From assembly GCA_035530895.1 (NCBI GenBank), contig DATKTW010000134.1:1-62300 (forward strand): a stretch of 62,300 nucleotides of DNA, written 5' to 3'. Below, one piece after another: positions 27,309-37,095 of this stretch; within the stretch, counting starts at the first letter, position 1; every line of letters starts with the position of its first letter. The DNA comes from Candidatus Nanopelagicaceae bacterium. Lineage in GTDB: Archaea > Asgardarchaeota > Lokiarchaeia > Sigyniarchaeales > SOKP01. The notes beneath the pieces were generated by a model, which ran no database searches, had not been told where the DNA came from, and saw only the letters and a list, made by a program, of their open reading frames with translations. Both the position numbers and the translations under genes were made by a program.

Positions 27309-27836
27309 TTAATTTACGAATTATTTTTCTAAAATAAATTCGCTCCATACCTTCGCGATTGAAGAAAAGTTCTCTGTATTCGTTAAAGTTGGTTTAACTT
27401 GAAGACGATTTAGTTTCAGTCGTTCACTTTTAAGTATTAATCTAATTGTTTTTAAAATCAATTAAAATTAAAACTAAAAAAAAGATATATTACTATAAGA
27501 AGTATTCTGTTTTGATTTGATTTCTTTGGTGTAAGAATTATCAGTAAAGGCTTAAAAGTAAATAGGGTAAATGTTGCTCACGATCTACAAAGACAAATCC
27601 TAGAAATTACGTCCTTCGTTAGGGTTTTAAATAATTATTATTATGAAAAAGCAAAGATAGAAAAAAAACTAAAACCTCTTGCACTAAAAAGCTTTAAAGA
27701 TGAGTTAAAAAACATAGAAAGTGATGGAGATGGGCTTCACAGCGTTCCGCTAGCTATAAACTCGTTAAGTGACGATTTAAATATCAAGAAAGATTCTTTT
27801 AGATTTCCTGATAGCATAATTTTATTTGAGGCTTGG

Positions 27837-29264
27837 ATGAATTTAGGTTTTGGAGCGCTTTTTCCTAGATTAGCACTCCATTACAAATTTCCTGGATTTT
27901 TAAATGGAGAAAAAACGAGGAATATTTTCCAATTCACATATTCAACTTCTAGAGGATTCGGATTCCCAATTTATTTTGGTCCAGAATTCTATGGGTATAT
28001 ATTAACTATAGGTAAATTTTTAGAATCTTTGTTTAAATGGAGTCACACTATCTGTCACAGAGCAAATCAAGCGATTTATCTTGTTGGAAAAAAATATGGA
28101 ATTAAAAGACATCACCCTGGAGAATTTGAATCTGTAATTATATCAGAGTATAAAGACAATATTTTTAAAGGAATTGACACCCTCTTACACGGCTATTACA
28201 CGCAAGACCCAAAAACATTTGGTGTGTTCTCAAGTTTAGAAAATGCACTTGATAACGTTACATTTTCTTATTCTGTAGGAGATCACGCGATGTCTGTCGA
28301 AAGCGAAAAATCAGAGAAAACAATTAGCGTACCTTTAATTACACATGATACTATCGTTCGTAAATACAATGTGAATTTTTACGACTATTTAAATAACTTA
28401 TTAGCAACAGAAAAGTTGATAAAAAGAAAGATCATCCACTTTAAACAGCTAAGAAAGGAGTATATTGGTAATTTAAAGAGAATCGATAGAATTAAATTTA
28501 GGATCGATCAATCTAAATCATTTTCAGTTCCAAGTTTGAAAATTTCTCAAAAATTTTCTAAAATTCAAGAATTTTCCCTTCATATTCGACTTATGGAAAT
28601 AATTATAAAGATGCTATGGACAACTCCCCTTTATACCCATACGATTCATAAAACTATCGACGACGAATTAATTCTTCAAAAGCAGAAACGAAATGAATTC
28701 ATTACTGATTTTAATAATGTATCGATAGATTCAATTTTTTTACTCTTTATAAAAAAATTTGAAGAACTAAACTCGTTTTCTTTCAAAGAAATGGAAGTTA
28801 TCAATGAATTAATTAAACTTAGAGACAATATGGGAACCATGTGGCTTTATTTTAAGGAGAAACATTTCAATTTTGCTTTGAAAAAACTAAACGATCTTTC
28901 TACTTTATCGTTGGATGACTTTAGTTATAGAAAAGTTGTAAACGAATACATAAACAACCTTATCCCTATTTTTTCAATTTATGAAATTTTTAATAGAGCT
29001 CTTTCAGAGTCAGTTTATCCTGAATCAGTTCCTCAAACAAAACGGTTGGGAGGGTATTTAGCTAGTCTATTAACTTCAAGGTTTAATCCCTTCGGAGTAA
29101 ATCTAATGAATCTTTTTAATAAATTAGCGTTTAATAACTGGAGCTATCTAATAATAAACCGAAAATTAAATCGAAAACAGTTTTTCAAATTGATAGTGAA
29201 ACTTCCTATATGGAAAAATATTCCTAAAACTATTAAAAAGAGAATTCTGAACTTAGATTTTTAA
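27837..29264 (+). CDS. hypothetical protein; the reading frame stays open upstream to 27516 without a canonical start
   Basis: 475 aa from ATG 27837 with no recognisable motifs. The same frame is stop-free for 107 further codons upstream. Confidence 0.6.
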   Translation: MNLGFGALFPRLALHYKFPGFLNGEKTRNIFQFTYSTSRGFGFPIYFGPEFYGYILTIGKFLESLFKWSHTICHRANQAIYLVGKKYGIKRHHPGEFESVIISEYKDNIFKGIDTLLHGYYTQDPKTFGVFSSLENALDNVTFSYSVGDHAMSVESEKSEKTISVPLITHDTIVRKYNVNFYDYLNNLLATEKLIKRKIIHFKQLRKEYIGNLKRIDRIKFRIDQSKSFSVPSLKISQKFSKIQEFSLHIRLMEIIIKMLWTTPLYTHTIHKTIDDELILQKQKRNEFITDFNNVSIDSIFLLFIKKFEELNSFSFKEMEVINELIKLRDNMGTMWLYFKEKHFNFALKKLNDLSTLSLDDFSYRKVVNEYINNLIPIFSIYEIFNRALSESVYPESVPQTKRLGGYLASLLTSRFNPFGVNLMNLFNKLAFNNWSYLIINRKLNRKQFFKLIVKLPIWKNIPKTIKKRILNLDF

Positions 29265-29295
29265 TTATTCAGGTGGGAAGTCGATTTTAACGATA

Positions 29296-29826
29296 TTAGA
29301 ATTCAAGAAACCCGGGGTCGTCAAAGATATCTTCGATTTTTTTTTCCTTCTTCATATCACTCTCGTCGTGCTCTGTAAATAAAGACTCGTCATCTGTTTT
29401 TATTCCTTTCTCTAATTCAAGGGAGTCTAATTGAAGTAATGCATCCTTTTCTAGCTTTTTATATTCTTCTGCTTTAATTTTCCATTTATTAACTACATCA
29501 AGGTTGACATTATCTTCATCTTCTAAGGCCTCTGCAGCTTTAGCTTTGCAAATATCCGATAAAATAGAATAACATAGAACTAATTCCCCCCATTCACTTT
29601 TCTGTTTAAGTTTCGCGATGCGTTTTTCTAATCTCTGAAGTTCTTGATCAGCGTAATAAATATCGATAAAATCTCCAAAGGCATCAACGGGTTCTGATAT
29701 AGAATTAACTAAAACTTCCTTTATTAAGCTACAATGACCACACTTCACTGTAGCAATTGCGCTTTTCCGAATATTCTCAACCTTGACAGATTTTTCACCG
29801 CAATCCATATTAAATGGGAGAACCAT
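29296..29826 (-). CDS. Elf1-like transcription elongation factor with a degenerate zinc ribbon and long acidic/coiled-coil C-terminal extension
   Basis: 176 aa. FNMDCGEKSVKV...VKCGHCSLIKEVLVNSISEPVDAFGDFIDIYY parallels eukaryotic Elf1 (FxCxFCxHEKSV...C..C...L.EPVDVY.DWID), but the first CxxC has only one Cys. Confidence 0.6.
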   Translation of the reverse strand: MVLPFNMDCGEKSVKVENIRKSAIATVKCGHCSLIKEVLVNSISEPVDAFGDFIDIYYADQELQRLEKRIAKLKQKSEWGELVLCYSILSDICKAKAAEALEDEDNVNLDVVNKWKIKAEEYKKLEKDALLQLDSLELEKGIKTDDESLFTEHDESDMKKEKKIEDIFDDPGFLEF

Positions 29827-30296
29827 TTAGTTATTTGGGCAAGTGAAAATCTTTGGAACTCTCTTGACTCTTTTATACGATTGTTGTTTACGTTTCCTTC
29901 TTCCCATTATTCAAACACTAATTATTGTATATACTAAATAAGAAAAACATAACAAAAAAGTTTTGTTACAATAATTTATAGTAGTCATAAAAAACATTTT
30001 AATTCCTTGAGTTCTTAATTTGGCCTTTAATTTGTTTATAGGTCTTTTGGTTTAATGAGTTCCTTATTAGGATTAACATCTTTAATATTCATTTTTCGAT
30101 TAATAAACTTATTTTCTATATTATGACATAAAATATTTTTATTTAAAAGAAAAGGGAGTTCTAAGTATTTTAAAAATAGATTAGAGCCGTATTTTAGTAT
30201 CAATCGAAAAATTTTTTAGGAATGCTTAATTTATTCACTCACTCTTTTTAACTGAAATAGATGATATTTATTCAATAATATTAGTGGACTATAGGT

Positions 30297-31397
30297 ATGG
30301 AACATACGAATTTGTCATTAGAATATGATAAAAGCTTGATAGAAAGGATTCTGGACGATCTCGAAATGAGATACATTATTTTATTTTTGTATATTATCAG
30401 AAATGACTTGTTTAAAGATTTAAAGGATTTAAAAATTATAGGGTCCTATGAGAGAGTTATTATTTTAGATGAAATATTCAAAAATAACGTACTTAACTTT
30501 TGGGAAGAAAATTTTATTGAAATAGCGATCGATTTAGGCTTGTTTAAAAATATTCGTAGTATTAGAGAATTTAATCATAACGATGGGGATTTCATAATAC
30601 GATTAGGAGAAGAAACAATTACAATCGAGAACGACAAAATATCAGTGCCAGATCATACTCTTTTCTTAATGATAAATAAAAAATTTAAGTTTCTTACCAG
30701 AAGAAATTATAATTTAGCCTTGATTAAATTAAAAGGAGTAAAATGTCAGACTAGTAACCTTATTCATCAATTTATATCTCAAATGGGAGAAAACGATTAT
30801 GCAATATCTGATGATATATACTACATATTAGATCAATTTGGTAATGTTTATCAAGCAATTAAAATTGAGATCACAATCGAAGGGGTTCACCAGAAATACA
30901 AAGACATGAAAGAAAAAATTAACGAATATATAGATATTTTTGATCCAAAATTAAGGAGTAAATCCGTGCTAAAAAAAATATTTGAAGCGATAAAGAGTGA
31001 GAAGGATGTTTTTAAATATCTGAGGGATGAAAAAATTGAACTTCCTGATAAGTTCCACTTTGATGAAGATACAGAGAGGAATGAAATTGGCAACGATTGG
31101 TATTTCAGATTGATGGCATTACTGAACACTAGGTTTAGGATGGAACAACTCGACGAGAATATATTAGAAACTAAAAAATATTATTCTGGAAAAGATAAAA
31201 AGTTTAACTATCTTGAATTTATTGAAAAAGTTTCGTTTAACGAAGATAACATAGTTAATAAAATTCAAAATGTTCTACTTAAACTTAGAGAGGATTTAAT
31301 AGATATTAATAAAGAACTTGAAGTAATAACGAAGAAAGAATTAAAATTATTAAATATAGATTATGAACGGTATTTAATTACAAGAAGTGATGATTAA
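30297..31397 (+). CDS. hypothetical protein (operon gene 1 of 8)
   Basis: 366 aa with no recognisable motif. It follows a 470-nt AT-rich intergenic region. Confidence 0.6.
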   Translation: MEHTNLSLEYDKSLIERILDDLEMRYIILFLYIIRNDLFKDLKDLKIIGSYERVIILDEIFKNNVLNFWEENFIEIAIDLGLFKNIRSIREFNHNDGDFIIRLGEETITIENDKISVPDHTLFLMINKKFKFLTRRNYNLALIKLKGVKCQTSNLIHQFISQMGENDYAISDDIYYILDQFGNVYQAIKIEITIEGVHQKYKDMKEKINEYIDIFDPKLRSKSVLKKIFEAIKSEKDVFKYLRDEKIELPDKFHFDEDTERNEIGNDWYFRLMALLNTRFRMEQLDENILETKKYYSGKDKKFNYLEFIEKVSFNEDNIVNKIQNVLLKLREDLIDINKELEVITKKELKLLNIDYERYLITRSDD

Positions 31398-31399
31398 AT

Positions 31400-32356
31400 T
31401 TGAAGTGTTTAGCATGTAACGTCGAAATGGAGCCTTTGGTTTCTGGAATTTACCAATGTCCTCAATGTAGAAAAATTGTAAAACAAAAAGACGAAATAGC
31501 TGAACCTGAAGATGTAAAAAAGATAGATAAAGGAGAATTTCTCGAAGGAGAATATTTTCATAATAATGCAAGCCTAAATAAACAATACGAAGTGTGCGAA
31601 CAGGGTATTATTATAAACAAGACCGAAACTCATTTATTTGCTGCGTTAATATGTCACAGCGCTTATTTAAAAGACGAAAAATACATAAGACTCTCATGGT
31701 GGAAAAGTTTTCAACATGCCGGCATGTTTAAAATCTATGAAAAAGATGTATTGAATAATGTTATAATCACATTAGAAAAAATTAATAGGGATTTTGACGA
31801 TATTTGGACTTGGGGCGGAAAATATGAAAAACAAGAACCTAAAACCAAAGATGCAAAAGAGAAGGAAAAATATTTAGACCTAATAAAATTCAGGATTTTA
31901 GAACATAGAACTTGCCCAAAATGTCAAAAAAAAATGGATAAAAAGAAATCTCATTACGAATGCCAACATTGTGGTGAAATAGTTATACTGGAGGGGTATA
32001 ATCAACCAATTTTTAACATACAATCATCAGAGTTGGATTTACGTTTTCAAACTAATTTCCCAATCAATTATTACTTGCCAGTGAGCGGTATAACTGTGAA
32101 GTGGTTAATGGGAGAGTGGAAGGCACTAGTAGTTATTCACGCTAAAGATAATCCTAATAAGCGATGGCTAAGATTTTATTGGTGGATGCGAGACTTAAGC
32201 AATCTATTAAAGTACGGACAGAGAGAAATAGGTGAAGGAATCCAAATGGGCTGGAAAGCCCAAAAGGGAATCGCGTCTCCTAATATCTATGATAAAAAAC
32301 TTGTAACACCCTTAATCAATGCATTAAAGAGAATAAAACAGGAGTTAAATTGGTGA
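31400..32356 (+). CDS. internally duplicated protein: two [CxxC-x(10-12)-CxxC zinc ribbon plus ~100-aa R-x-x-W-W domain] modules (operon gene 2)
   Basis: 318 aa. TTG start 2 nt after the upstream stop. Zinc ribbons are CLACNVEMEPLVSGIYQCPQC and CPKCQKKMDKKKSHYECQHC. Duplicated segments are ALICHSAYLKDEKYIRLSWWKS / ALVVIHAKDNPNKRWLRFYWWMR. Confidence 0.65.
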   Translation: MKCLACNVEMEPLVSGIYQCPQCRKIVKQKDEIAEPEDVKKIDKGEFLEGEYFHNNASLNKQYEVCEQGIIINKTETHLFAALICHSAYLKDEKYIRLSWWKSFQHAGMFKIYEKDVLNNVIITLEKINRDFDDIWTWGGKYEKQEPKTKDAKEKEKYLDLIKFRILEHRTCPKCQKKMDKKKSHYECQHCGEIVILEGYNQPIFNIQSSELDLRFQTNFPINYYLPVSGITVKWLMGEWKALVVIHAKDNPNKRWLRFYWWMRDLSNLLKYGQREIGEGIQMGWKAQKGIASPNIYDKKLVTPLINALKRIKQELNW

Positions 32357-32381
32357 AATTGAAAAAAAACATACCATTAAG

Positions 32382-33530
32382 GTGAACAAAATGGAAAGAA
32401 ATCAAGAGAGCACTTGGCATGAGCTACTTCAAGACTTTGAGAGGGGCTTAGAAAAAGCTATTGATGAGCTCGAAAAACGAGATGTGGAAAACATACCAGG
32501 TGCAAAGGAAGCTTTAAAACAAAGATTAAAGAATATGAGGCTTCATTTTCCTAAAAATAATGGTGAAATTTTCTTAAAATCCATTGACGATAAAATTCAA
32601 AACGCGTTTTTCCCTAACACAAAAGATTTTTCTGAAGCATTTCAAAAGATAATAAAATCTCGTACTCACGAACAGGATTTTATCATAAATGAGCTGTTAA
32701 ACGGTTTCGTGGCATCAAAAGCCAAAGCTGTTGCTACGGGAACTCAAGGACCTGTAATTGATAGAATGGTTGAAGCTTTTAGTAAAAGAAATGACTTTCA
32801 TATTATTGATTATCAATTTTATGCAATGTTTGGCGACCCAAATAAGCCTCGACACTATATTAAAAGTCAACTTGAAGAGTTGGTTAAATTATTTGGTCTC
32901 GTGTCAAAAGAATTAATTATAGAAAAAGATGTTAGAAAAAGCGAAGAAAAAATATTCACATTTTACACTTTTCCGGAAAAAATTATTAAAATACTTGAAA
33001 AGAAATATTTGATACTAGACGAAAAATTAGGATATACCTACGTTTCTGAAGCATTTGATAGAAATGTATTCATATGTATGTTTTTAGCGAATGTGGCCAT
33101 TAATAGGGATGATTTAGATAAGATTGGTGGATCTTATACATTGAATGGTATCTCGGCCATTTTTGCATTAATTCTGTTGTTAAGTTTTTTACCCAAATTA
33201 TCAGTAGATGAAACAAACCCCATCCTTAACGATCCTAATTACGATGCAGATACTATGAGTGTAATTCCTAAATCTTGGATGATGAGACAAGTTTTAGAAC
33301 CATTGTTCGAACCTTTAATTAAAATCATTGCTTACCGATTAGGGGGCGGTTTATGGTTGTCTAAAATCATTGATTCAGATATCAATAAAAAAATCCATAA
33401 TCAAATACGTTTTTTGATTAAAGATGTCAATAAATGGGTTCTCGGTCAACTCGTAAGAGTAGAAATACCAATTTTCGTAGAAATTTCGAATATTTTCACA
33501 GAAATCCTAGTGGACTACGATGAAAATTAA
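32382..33530 (+). CDS. hypothetical protein (operon gene 3)
   Basis: 382 aa. The likely start is ATG 32391 (MERNQES) with GGTGA just upstream. It has one hydrophobic segment (ISAIFALILLLSFLP). Confidence 0.6.
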   Translation: MNKMERNQESTWHELLQDFERGLEKAIDELEKRDVENIPGAKEALKQRLKNMRLHFPKNNGEIFLKSIDDKIQNAFFPNTKDFSEAFQKIIKSRTHEQDFIINELLNGFVASKAKAVATGTQGPVIDRMVEAFSKRNDFHIIDYQFYAMFGDPNKPRHYIKSQLEELVKLFGLVSKELIIEKDVRKSEEKIFTFYTFPEKIIKILEKKYLILDEKLGYTYVSEAFDRNVFICMFLANVAINRDDLDKIGGSYTLNGISAIFALILLLSFLPKLSVDETNPILNDPNYDADTMSVIPKSWMMRQVLEPLFEPLIKIIAYRLGGGLWLSKIIDSDINKKIHNQIRFLIKDVNKWVLGQLVRVEIPIFVEISNIFTEILVDYDEN

Positions 33531-33547
33531 TATCAATGATAAATTGA

Positions 33548-34864
33548 GTGAGAATTATGAGTTATAAAAAAAAAACGACAAGGAATGTTAAGCCTGGGAG
33601 AAAAAGGGAGAAGTGGACCGATATCTTACCGAGGTACCTTACGTTTTTAACTCATATGCGCCCAATACTAAGAGAAACAAGAAGGATAATAATTGATTTG
33701 GATGCCGACCTTCTTTTAGATACAGAAATTCTAGATAAAATCCGAGAAGAAGAAGAAAAACGAAATTTTAGAAAAGTGAGAGCTTTATCAGAATTTTCTG
33801 CAATGTACAGGTCAAATATATATGAAATTATTAAAGACTTCTTAGTTAAATATAGGAATCAAATACCTATCCTTGATATTAAAGATTATATTATTGAATT
33901 CTTATACGAATCAGTTGGGGCTCTGAATTTTTTGTTACACATCACTAACCCAGATGAAACAAATTTAGAAAACACATATCTATATGTTTTAGTTAAGTTC
34001 ATTGAAGAACGGCTCCTTCCGAGAGGTAGAAATTTAAGCATTATATATAGTAAATTATTTGGTTATTCTTCAGATTTGTACGATTGCCAAAGACATTTAC
34101 TACAACCTCATACTTATTATCGAGAAAAATTAGAATCCTCTGATTTATTTGAAATTCCTGGAATTTCCCCTAAACTTTATAATATCATTAATACTATCAC
34201 CTCACTTTTTAATTTGGATCCGAATTTCGGAGAATTCCCTGAAAGAGAAAATCAAGAACTGCCAATGATACTAAAATCTGAAGTATTCGATCCATATATT
34301 GATTCTATAGCAAATGCAGAAGAGGAAGCTATCGAACAAATTTCTGAACGATTTGGATTGCGAATAATTGATGGAATCTTTCTTGTTCCAAGAGAGGAAC
34401 TAGTAGATTTACTAACAGAGAATAATTTTTTACGAAAAAATTCACAATCAGATGGAAAAGTACGATTTATACCTCAATTAAGCAATGAAAGCTTATTTCT
34501 CTATTATTTAGCTTTCGCATCCCAGAGAAGAGGTTTTTTATCGAAGGAATTAATAAATTGGATTTCAATGAATTTCGCTTTTTTGATTTATATGGGTATT
34601 TTGAAGTGGAAATTGTCAGAACAAAATATTTTCTATCCTATTTTTAAGGATTTGCAAACAAATGAGAAGATTTTACCTTATCTTATGAAGCTTCTCTGTT
34701 TTCCCAACTATCTAGGTATTGATAAAATGAAAATACGGGATTCTCCGCAATACAGAAAAGAAATTTTTAACTTCATTGGTTCTCAAATCGATAACCTTAA
34801 AGATTTTATCTCAGAAATAGCAGAATTTTGTGAAAAGTTTGATAAAGAAAGAAAAAATAACTAA
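33548..34864 (+). CDS. hypothetical protein (operon gene 4)
   Basis: 438 aa with a basic N-terminus (KKKTTRNVKPGRKREK) and no catalytic motif recognised. Confidence 0.6.
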   Translation: MRIMSYKKKTTRNVKPGRKREKWTDILPRYLTFLTHMRPILRETRRIIIDLDADLLLDTEILDKIREEEEKRNFRKVRALSEFSAMYRSNIYEIIKDFLVKYRNQIPILDIKDYIIEFLYESVGALNFLLHITNPDETNLENTYLYVLVKFIEERLLPRGRNLSIIYSKLFGYSSDLYDCQRHLLQPHTYYREKLESSDLFEIPGISPKLYNIINTITSLFNLDPNFGEFPERENQELPMILKSEVFDPYIDSIANAEEEAIEQISERFGLRIIDGIFLVPREELVDLLTENNFLRKNSQSDGKVRFIPQLSNESLFLYYLAFASQRRGFLSKELINWISMNFAFLIYMGILKWKLSEQNIFYPIFKDLQTNEKILPYLMKLLCFPNYLGIDKMKIRDSPQYRKEIFNFIGSQIDNLKDFISEIAEFCEKFDKERKNN

Positions 34865-34880
34865 ATTAGAATAAAAAGAG

Positions 34881-35999
34881 ATGAGAAAAATGAGCAATTC
34901 GAAAGAGGATGGAGACAGGAATATAACTTTCACCGAAGATGTCATTAAAAGTAGGTTAGGCAAATATGGAGCAGTGTATTTTCCTTCCGCCATACAAGAA
35001 TCAATTGATGACATTCTAGGTAATGAGAATATAAAGGAAATTTTACACGATTTCTTTAAAGCTTTGAAGAAATACTATGATTTTAGTAAACAATTAAAAG
35101 GAGCAAAACTCAACCCTAGTTTGACTGTTCTCTTGTATGGACCTCCAGGTACAGGTAAAACATCTCTTACGAGAGGATTTGCAAAACATTACGATATTCC
35201 ATTATGCGTAGTAGAAACTGATAGGTTAGTTTCTCCCTTGCTAGGAGATACTATAAAGCAAATCAGGAATGTTGTGGATTTAGCGGCAGAGATAGCAAAG
35301 GAACGAGGTTCTTTTATCCTATTTTTTGATGAATTAGATGCTATAGGCTCCGAAAGATCTAATATTCATGAGGTAGGTGAGATCAAACGAGCCGTTATAT
35401 CATTTTTACAAGTAATTGATAGAATAAATTATGAGGGAGTACCCTTAGCAATTTTTGGGGCGACAAATCATCAAAATCAATTAGATTCAGCGATTTGGAG
35501 ACGGTTCACTTTTCACTTTAGCTTTGAATTCCCAGATTATCATCTGAGAAAAAAAATAATTGAATCATTCCTTACTAAAGTTAAAAATGCGAAAATTGGC
35601 GTTGATAACTCAATTTACACAAATTTAACAGAAGAATACGAGAAGATTCAAAAGATACGTAGTAATCTTACAAGTAAACTAGGATTAGAAATCTCCGAGT
35701 TTAGAGATACGCTACTTTGGGATGAAATCAATAAAAGTAGCAAAAACCCGGGGTTGTTAGAACTTACAATAGGATTTTCAGGCTCAGATATTGAAAGAGG
35801 AACGAAAGTTTCACTTTTAAAAGCTATTAATACAGAACGCTTAACTTACGATTTATTTTACAATTCTCTAAAATTGGTGGGAGGGACCGCTATGCATGTT
35901 GAAAGACAAGATACTTTAAGCGATTCAAAGCAAAGATTTATAAAATCTTCGAAAACTAAGCAGGAAAAACGCAATATGAGAGGTCCTCCAGAGATATAA
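34881..35999 (+). CDS. classical-clade AAA+ ATPase, single ATPase module (operon gene 5)
   Basis: 372 aa. Walker A LLYGPPGTGKTS, Walker B ILFFDELDAIG, sensor-1 FGATN, second region of homology LDSAIWRRF. The pore-loop position reads SPLLGDT with no aromatic residue. Confidence 0.85.
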   Translation: MRKMSNSKEDGDRNITFTEDVIKSRLGKYGAVYFPSAIQESIDDILGNENIKEILHDFFKALKKYYDFSKQLKGAKLNPSLTVLLYGPPGTGKTSLTRGFAKHYDIPLCVVETDRLVSPLLGDTIKQIRNVVDLAAEIAKERGSFILFFDELDAIGSERSNIHEVGEIKRAVISFLQVIDRINYEGVPLAIFGATNHQNQLDSAIWRRFTFHFSFEFPDYHLRKKIIESFLTKVKNAKIGVDNSIYTNLTEEYEKIQKIRSNLTSKLGLEISEFRDTLLWDEINKSSKNPGLLELTIGFSGSDIERGTKVSLLKAINTERLTYDLFYNSLKLVGGTAMHVERQDTLSDSKQRFIKSSKTKQEKRNMRGPPEI

Positions 36000-36047
36000 T
36001 CTATTTTTTTTTATAATACGAATAAAAAATTAATTATACTTAAAAAG

Positions 36048-37082
36048 ATGGAAACAGAACTATTTAACCTTGAAAAGATAAGGGAATTAACCGCTCCCAT
36101 TAACGCTTTACAAGGAAAGGTCAACCAAGTATCAAACCTCGTAAAAAATTTAGAACCTGAGCAACTGTTAGCTTCATCTTATTACGAAAACGATTTATTT
36201 TTAAAAAATTTCGCACAATTAACTAAATTAGTGAGCCAAATCAATGATGATTTAAAAATTGTCTCAAACCACAACATTAACAAATTTTTAAAATTAAAAA
36301 ACTATTTAATCAATAAATTCAAGCAATCGATTAATGATAGACTAAAAACTATTGATTTGGACAATGATTACCTTATACAGATTGGCCTATCTTTAATTGA
36401 AAATAAAGCAATTAGTAAAATAATTGAAAGAATTACCTACATTCCTTCTGTTAGCATTAAACAATGGCTTGATTTAATAGATGCTTTAAATCAGAACACT
36501 CTTTTTCTAAAATCTGTTGACAATCTGAGAAAACACTATAAAATAATTTTACAGAACAAATTAAAAAAGGAACTGGTTAAAATACCCAATAATGTAGAAT
36601 CTTCCATAATCGAAGATTTTAAAAGACAATTTCATATCACATCCGAGATAACTTATAATAAATTCATTCAATTGCGTGAATATAAACTTACTAAAGAAGA
36701 ATTAAAATCAAAGAAAGAACTCTTGGAAAAAAAAAAAGAAAAGCAAGAAATTGAAGAATTAAAAAAACAACAGGAAGAGCAAACAGAATCTTATGATAGT
36801 TATTTAAAATTATCAAATAAAGAATTCGAAAGAAAATTGCGAAAACAGAAGCGTGAAAAATTGACTGACATTAGCGATACGGGAAACGAGAAAAATGTTG
36901 AAATAACTGAAGAAATCTCCCAAAAAATCGAGAAGTTTAAAAATCAATTGGATAGAAAATCAGACGAAAATTTCGTTACTCTCGATGATTCCAAAGCAGA
37001 CCCAATAAAATTAATTAGAGAAAGAAAAAGAAAAAAAAAGGAAGAATATGACACTTTTAAGGATCATTTTGAAAGTGATTAA
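36048..37082 (+). CDS. coiled-coil protein with highly charged K/E-rich C-terminal half (operon gene 6)
   Basis: 344 aa with long heptad regions (KEELKSKKELLEKKKEKQEIEELKKQQEEQ) and no enzymatic motif. Confidence 0.6.
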   Translation: METELFNLEKIRELTAPINALQGKVNQVSNLVKNLEPEQLLASSYYENDLFLKNFAQLTKLVSQINDDLKIVSNHNINKFLKLKNYLINKFKQSINDRLKTIDLDNDYLIQIGLSLIENKAISKIIERITYIPSVSIKQWLDLIDALNQNTLFLKSVDNLRKHYKIILQNKLKKELVKIPNNVESSIIEDFKRQFHITSEITYNKFIQLREYKLTKEELKSKKELLEKKKEKQEIEELKKQQEEQTESYDSYLKLSNKEFERKLRKQKREKLTDISDTGNEKNVEITEEISQKIEKFKNQLDRKSDENFVTLDDSKADPIKLIRERKRKKKEEYDTFKDHFESD

Positions 37083-37095
37083 ATATTAAAGTGGA

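Noticed and set aside
36727-36737. A11 homopolymer (and A9 near 37031) inside the coiled-coil gene, considered as slippage or phase-variation sites.
   Set aside because: They simply encode Lys/Glu-rich helix (EKKKEK) and the frame is intact, with no evidence of frameshifting in this sequence.
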